Shown here piece after piece: positions 62,070 through 64,000 of a stretch of 64,000 bases of DNA. The stretch is from Pirellulales bacterium (GTDB lineage Bacteria; Planctomycetota; Planctomycetia; Pirellulales; JBGAPH01): NCBI GenBank assembly GCA_046349955.1, contig JAXMBI010000007.1, positions 5,944 to 69,943 of the forward strand, in the 5' to 3' direction. The notes under the pieces were generated by a model. That model did not search any database. It was not told where the DNA came from and saw only the letters and a list, made by a program, of their open reading frames with translations. Made by a program: the position numbers and the translations under genes. The first letter of the stretch is position 1. Every line of letters starts with the position of its first letter.

Positions 62070-63128
62070 ATGCCCAGCAAGCAGGAATTGCTTTCGCAGC
62101 CCATCCAGCACTTCGACATCACGCAGCACGACGTGACGCCGCTGGTCGAGGCCATGCGGAACATGGCCTTCTCCGCCCGGGACCTGGCGCGGGCGGCCGA
62201 CATCTACGACCGCATGCTGGCCGACACCGAGTGCGGCGTCATCCTCTGCCTGGCCGGCTCACTCGTTTCCGCCGGGCTCAAGAAGGTGTTCGCCGACCTC
62301 GTGCGGCATCACATGGTCGACGCCGTGGTCAGCACCGGGGCCAACATCGTCGATCAAGACTTCTTCGAGGCGCTCGGCTACAAGCACTGGGTGGCCCCCG
62401 ACCACTACAAGTCAGGCGTGGCCGACGGCGAGCTCCGCGACCTGCAAATCGACCGCATCTACGACACCTTCATCGACGAAGACGAGCTGCGGATCTGCGA
62501 CGACACGACCCGCGAGATCGCCGACCGGCTGCCGCCGCGGCCGCATTCTTCGCGCGAGTTCATCCGCGAGATGGGCGCCTACCTGGCCGAACAGGGGGCA
62601 GGCCCCGACTCGCTGGTGCTGGCGGCCTATGAGCACGACGTGCCGATCTTCTGCCCCGCGTTCTCCGACTGTTCGGCCGGCTTCGGCCTGGTGGCCCATC
62701 AGCATGCCCGCGGCGACCAGCCGAAGCTGACGCTCGATAGCGCGAAGGACTTCTACGAGCTGACGCAGCTCAAGATCCACAACCCGACGACGGGGCTGTT
62801 CATGATCGGCGGCGGCGTGCCGAAGAACTTCGCCCAAGACATCGTGGTGGCGGCCGACATCCTCGGCCACGAAGCGCCGATGCACAAATACGCGGTGCAG
62901 ATCACGGTGGCCGACGTCCGCGACGGCGCCCTTTCGAGCAGCACCTTGAAAGAGGCCTCGAGCTGGGGCAAGGTCGACACGGTGTGGGAGCAAATGGTGT
63001 TCAGCGAAGCGACGCTGGCCGTGCCGCTGATCACCGGCTACGCCTACCACAAGGGCTCTTGGCGCAACCGGCCGGCGCGCCGCTGGCGCAAGCAGTTGAC
63101 GGATGGGATGGCCGTGGCCAGCCGCTAG
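62070..63128 (+). CDS. Deoxyhypusine synthase-like protein
   Basis: About 350 aa. GVILCLAGSLVSAGL, HHMVDAVVSTGANIVDQDFFEALG and LFMIGGGVPKNF resemble bacterial DHS-family motifs as I recall them. Confidence 0.7.
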   Translation: MPSKQELLSQPIQHFDITQHDVTPLVEAMRNMAFSARDLARAADIYDRMLADTECGVILCLAGSLVSAGLKKVFADLVRHHMVDAVVSTGANIVDQDFFEALGYKHWVAPDHYKSGVADGELRDLQIDRIYDTFIDEDELRICDDTTREIADRLPPRPHSSREFIREMGAYLAEQGAGPDSLVLAAYEHDVPIFCPAFSDCSAGFGLVAHQHARGDQPKLTLDSAKDFYELTQLKIHNPTTGLFMIGGGVPKNFAQDIVVAADILGHEAPMHKYAVQITVADVRDGALSSSTLKEASSWGKVDTVWEQMVFSEATLAVPLITGYAYHKGSWRNRPARRWRKQLTDGMAVASR

Positions 63129-63140
63129 GCGGCAGTCGTC

Positions 63141-63170
63141 GGGTGGGTCGAGCGAAGCGCAGACCCACCG
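63141..63170. repeat. GGGTGGGTCGAGCGAAGCGCAGACCCACC repeat copy
   Basis: Same family as 27811-27893, with an 8-bp stem GGTGGGTC/GACCCACC. Lies 13 nt after the DHS-like stop. Confidence 0.65.
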
Positions 63171-63201
63171 CTCGTTCGCCTTGGATCAAGGACCACGGGT
63201 C

Positions 63202-64000
63202 ATGAGCAACCTCTCACCCGCCCTGGCTGCTCGCCTGCAGGCAGCGATCCGCAAGCAAGGGCTGCAAGCGGCCGAAGAGGCGATCTTCGCCAATTCGGCC
63301 GAATGCTACGCGCTGGTTCTCGATGGCCCCGACGACTACCGTGCGGTTGGCAACACCCGCTTCGGCGGCGAGCCGGACTTGCCCTCGCCGGAGCACTGGC
63401 CGTGCAGTGGCGACCCGCAAGACCCGCAGGCGAAGTTCTCGAACTTCATTGCCCAGATCAACTTCGCCGAGTTGCCGCAGTTACCTGGGGGCAGCCCGCT
63501 CCCTCGGTCGGGGTTGTTGTCGATCTTCGTCCGCCACATGGAAAGCGCGGCGAAGCCGGTGCTGCTCGATGCGATATTCCATGCAGGCCCTCCAGGCTCC
63601 CTTCGGCGGATTCCCACGCCCACGCGGGACCGCTTAGCCAATCGGTATCTCCTGGACCTAAAGGGACACAGAGCTCGGGCAGAAGTGTCGCTAAGCATCG
63701 CCACGTATGACCGAGAGTTCCAAGGGCGCGTGCAGGTAGCGACTGCCGAACAGTTCGAGACCGAGTCCTTCGGTCGCTTGGTCGATCTCGAAGGAGAATT
63801 CTGGAAGAGGCACCACGTTGGCCAGGTGCTAGGCTTCGCGACGAGCTCCGAACACTGCACGCATCTTTATCGGCAGATCCATTTCGGCCAGATCGGTCGC
63901 CGAGGCCTGATGTTCAGCGACTACTGGCGGACCATGACGGACTACGAAGCAGCAATCGCTTTTCAACGCGAAGAAGGCCAGGCAATGCTCGTAGATGACT
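63202..64000 (+). CDS. DUF1963 (YwqG-like) protein, 5' part; runs off the right edge (absent from the ORF track)
   Basis: Own translation from ATG 63202, open to base 64000: MSNLSPALAARLQAAIRKQGL...AVGNTRFGGEPDLPSPEHWP...FIAQINFAELPQLPG...GLLSIFV. TRFGGxPDLP and LLSIF are the DUF1963 hallmarks I recognise. Confidence 0.6.
   Translation, partial: MSNLSPALAARLQAAIRKQGLQAAEEAIFANSAECYALVLDGPDDYRAVGNTRFGGEPDLPSPEHWPCSGDPQDPQAKFSNFIAQINFAELPQLPGGSPLPRSGLLSIFVRHMESAAKPVLLDAIFHAGPPGSLRRIPTPTRDRLANRYLLDLKGHRARAEVSLSIATYDREFQGRVQVATAEQFETESFGRLVDLEGEFWKRHHVGQVLGFATSSEHCTHLYRQIHFGQIGRRGLMFSDYWRTMTDYEAAIAFQREEGQAMLVDD

Overview
High-GC chromosomal segment. Gene content and intergenic repeat families look planctomycetal (Pirellulales-like). 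That is an inference from a PVC-type CxxCH dehydrogenase-domain protein, a PEP-CTERM protein, prepilin-type proteins and Pro-rich envelope proteins. I support about 55 protein genes and recognised no rRNA, tRNA, CRISPR array, transposase or prophage. CDS coordinates include the stop codon. Many supplied ORFs are over-extended at the 5' end or are mirror-frame artefacts of high-GC DNA, so starts were re-picked by hand and are approximate. All calls rest on motifs read by eye; no searches were run. Two edge-truncated genes missing from the ORF track were found by manual translation: an Hsp70-family gene at 1-1452(-) and a DUF1963 gene at 63202-64000(+). Bases 1-41 kb hold mixed housekeeping and envelope genes: GT2, rimO, pgsA, a peroxiredoxin overlapping an orphan CydB-like gene, a large pseudopilin, BamA, leuA, aroA, cyclophilin, ferredoxin, GNAT, a PVC haem protein, a TolC-like protein, a C-N hydrolase, an NfeD-like protease, small lipoproteins and DUF4392. 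Bases 41.6-59.2 kb form one co-directional respiratory cluster: Rieske, cytochrome b6-type, subunit-IV-like, a 1505-aa octahaem cytochrome c, two cupredoxins, a dihaem c, CoxB, CoxA, CtaA, CtaB, CoxC and CoxIV. A SWIM/SNF2 helicase, a deoxyhypusine-synthase-like gene and DUF1963 follow. Observations most worth follow-up: (1) BamA/Omp85 split into a POTRA gene and a barrel gene joined by a TAGTG stop/start overlap, each with its own signal peptide. (2) The respiratory super-cluster and its giant membrane-anchored octahaem cytochrome carrying a PDZ domain. (3) A Leu-rich leader peptide with terminator and antiterminator pairings upstream of leuA. (4) A peroxiredoxin coupled to a CydB-like protein with no CydA. 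(5) A 187-residue repeat-bearing extension ahead of the Rieske twin-arginine motif. (6) Several families of palindromic intergenic repeats, one copy lying in-frame inside the helicase gene. I cannot show that any of these is previously undescribed without database comparison.
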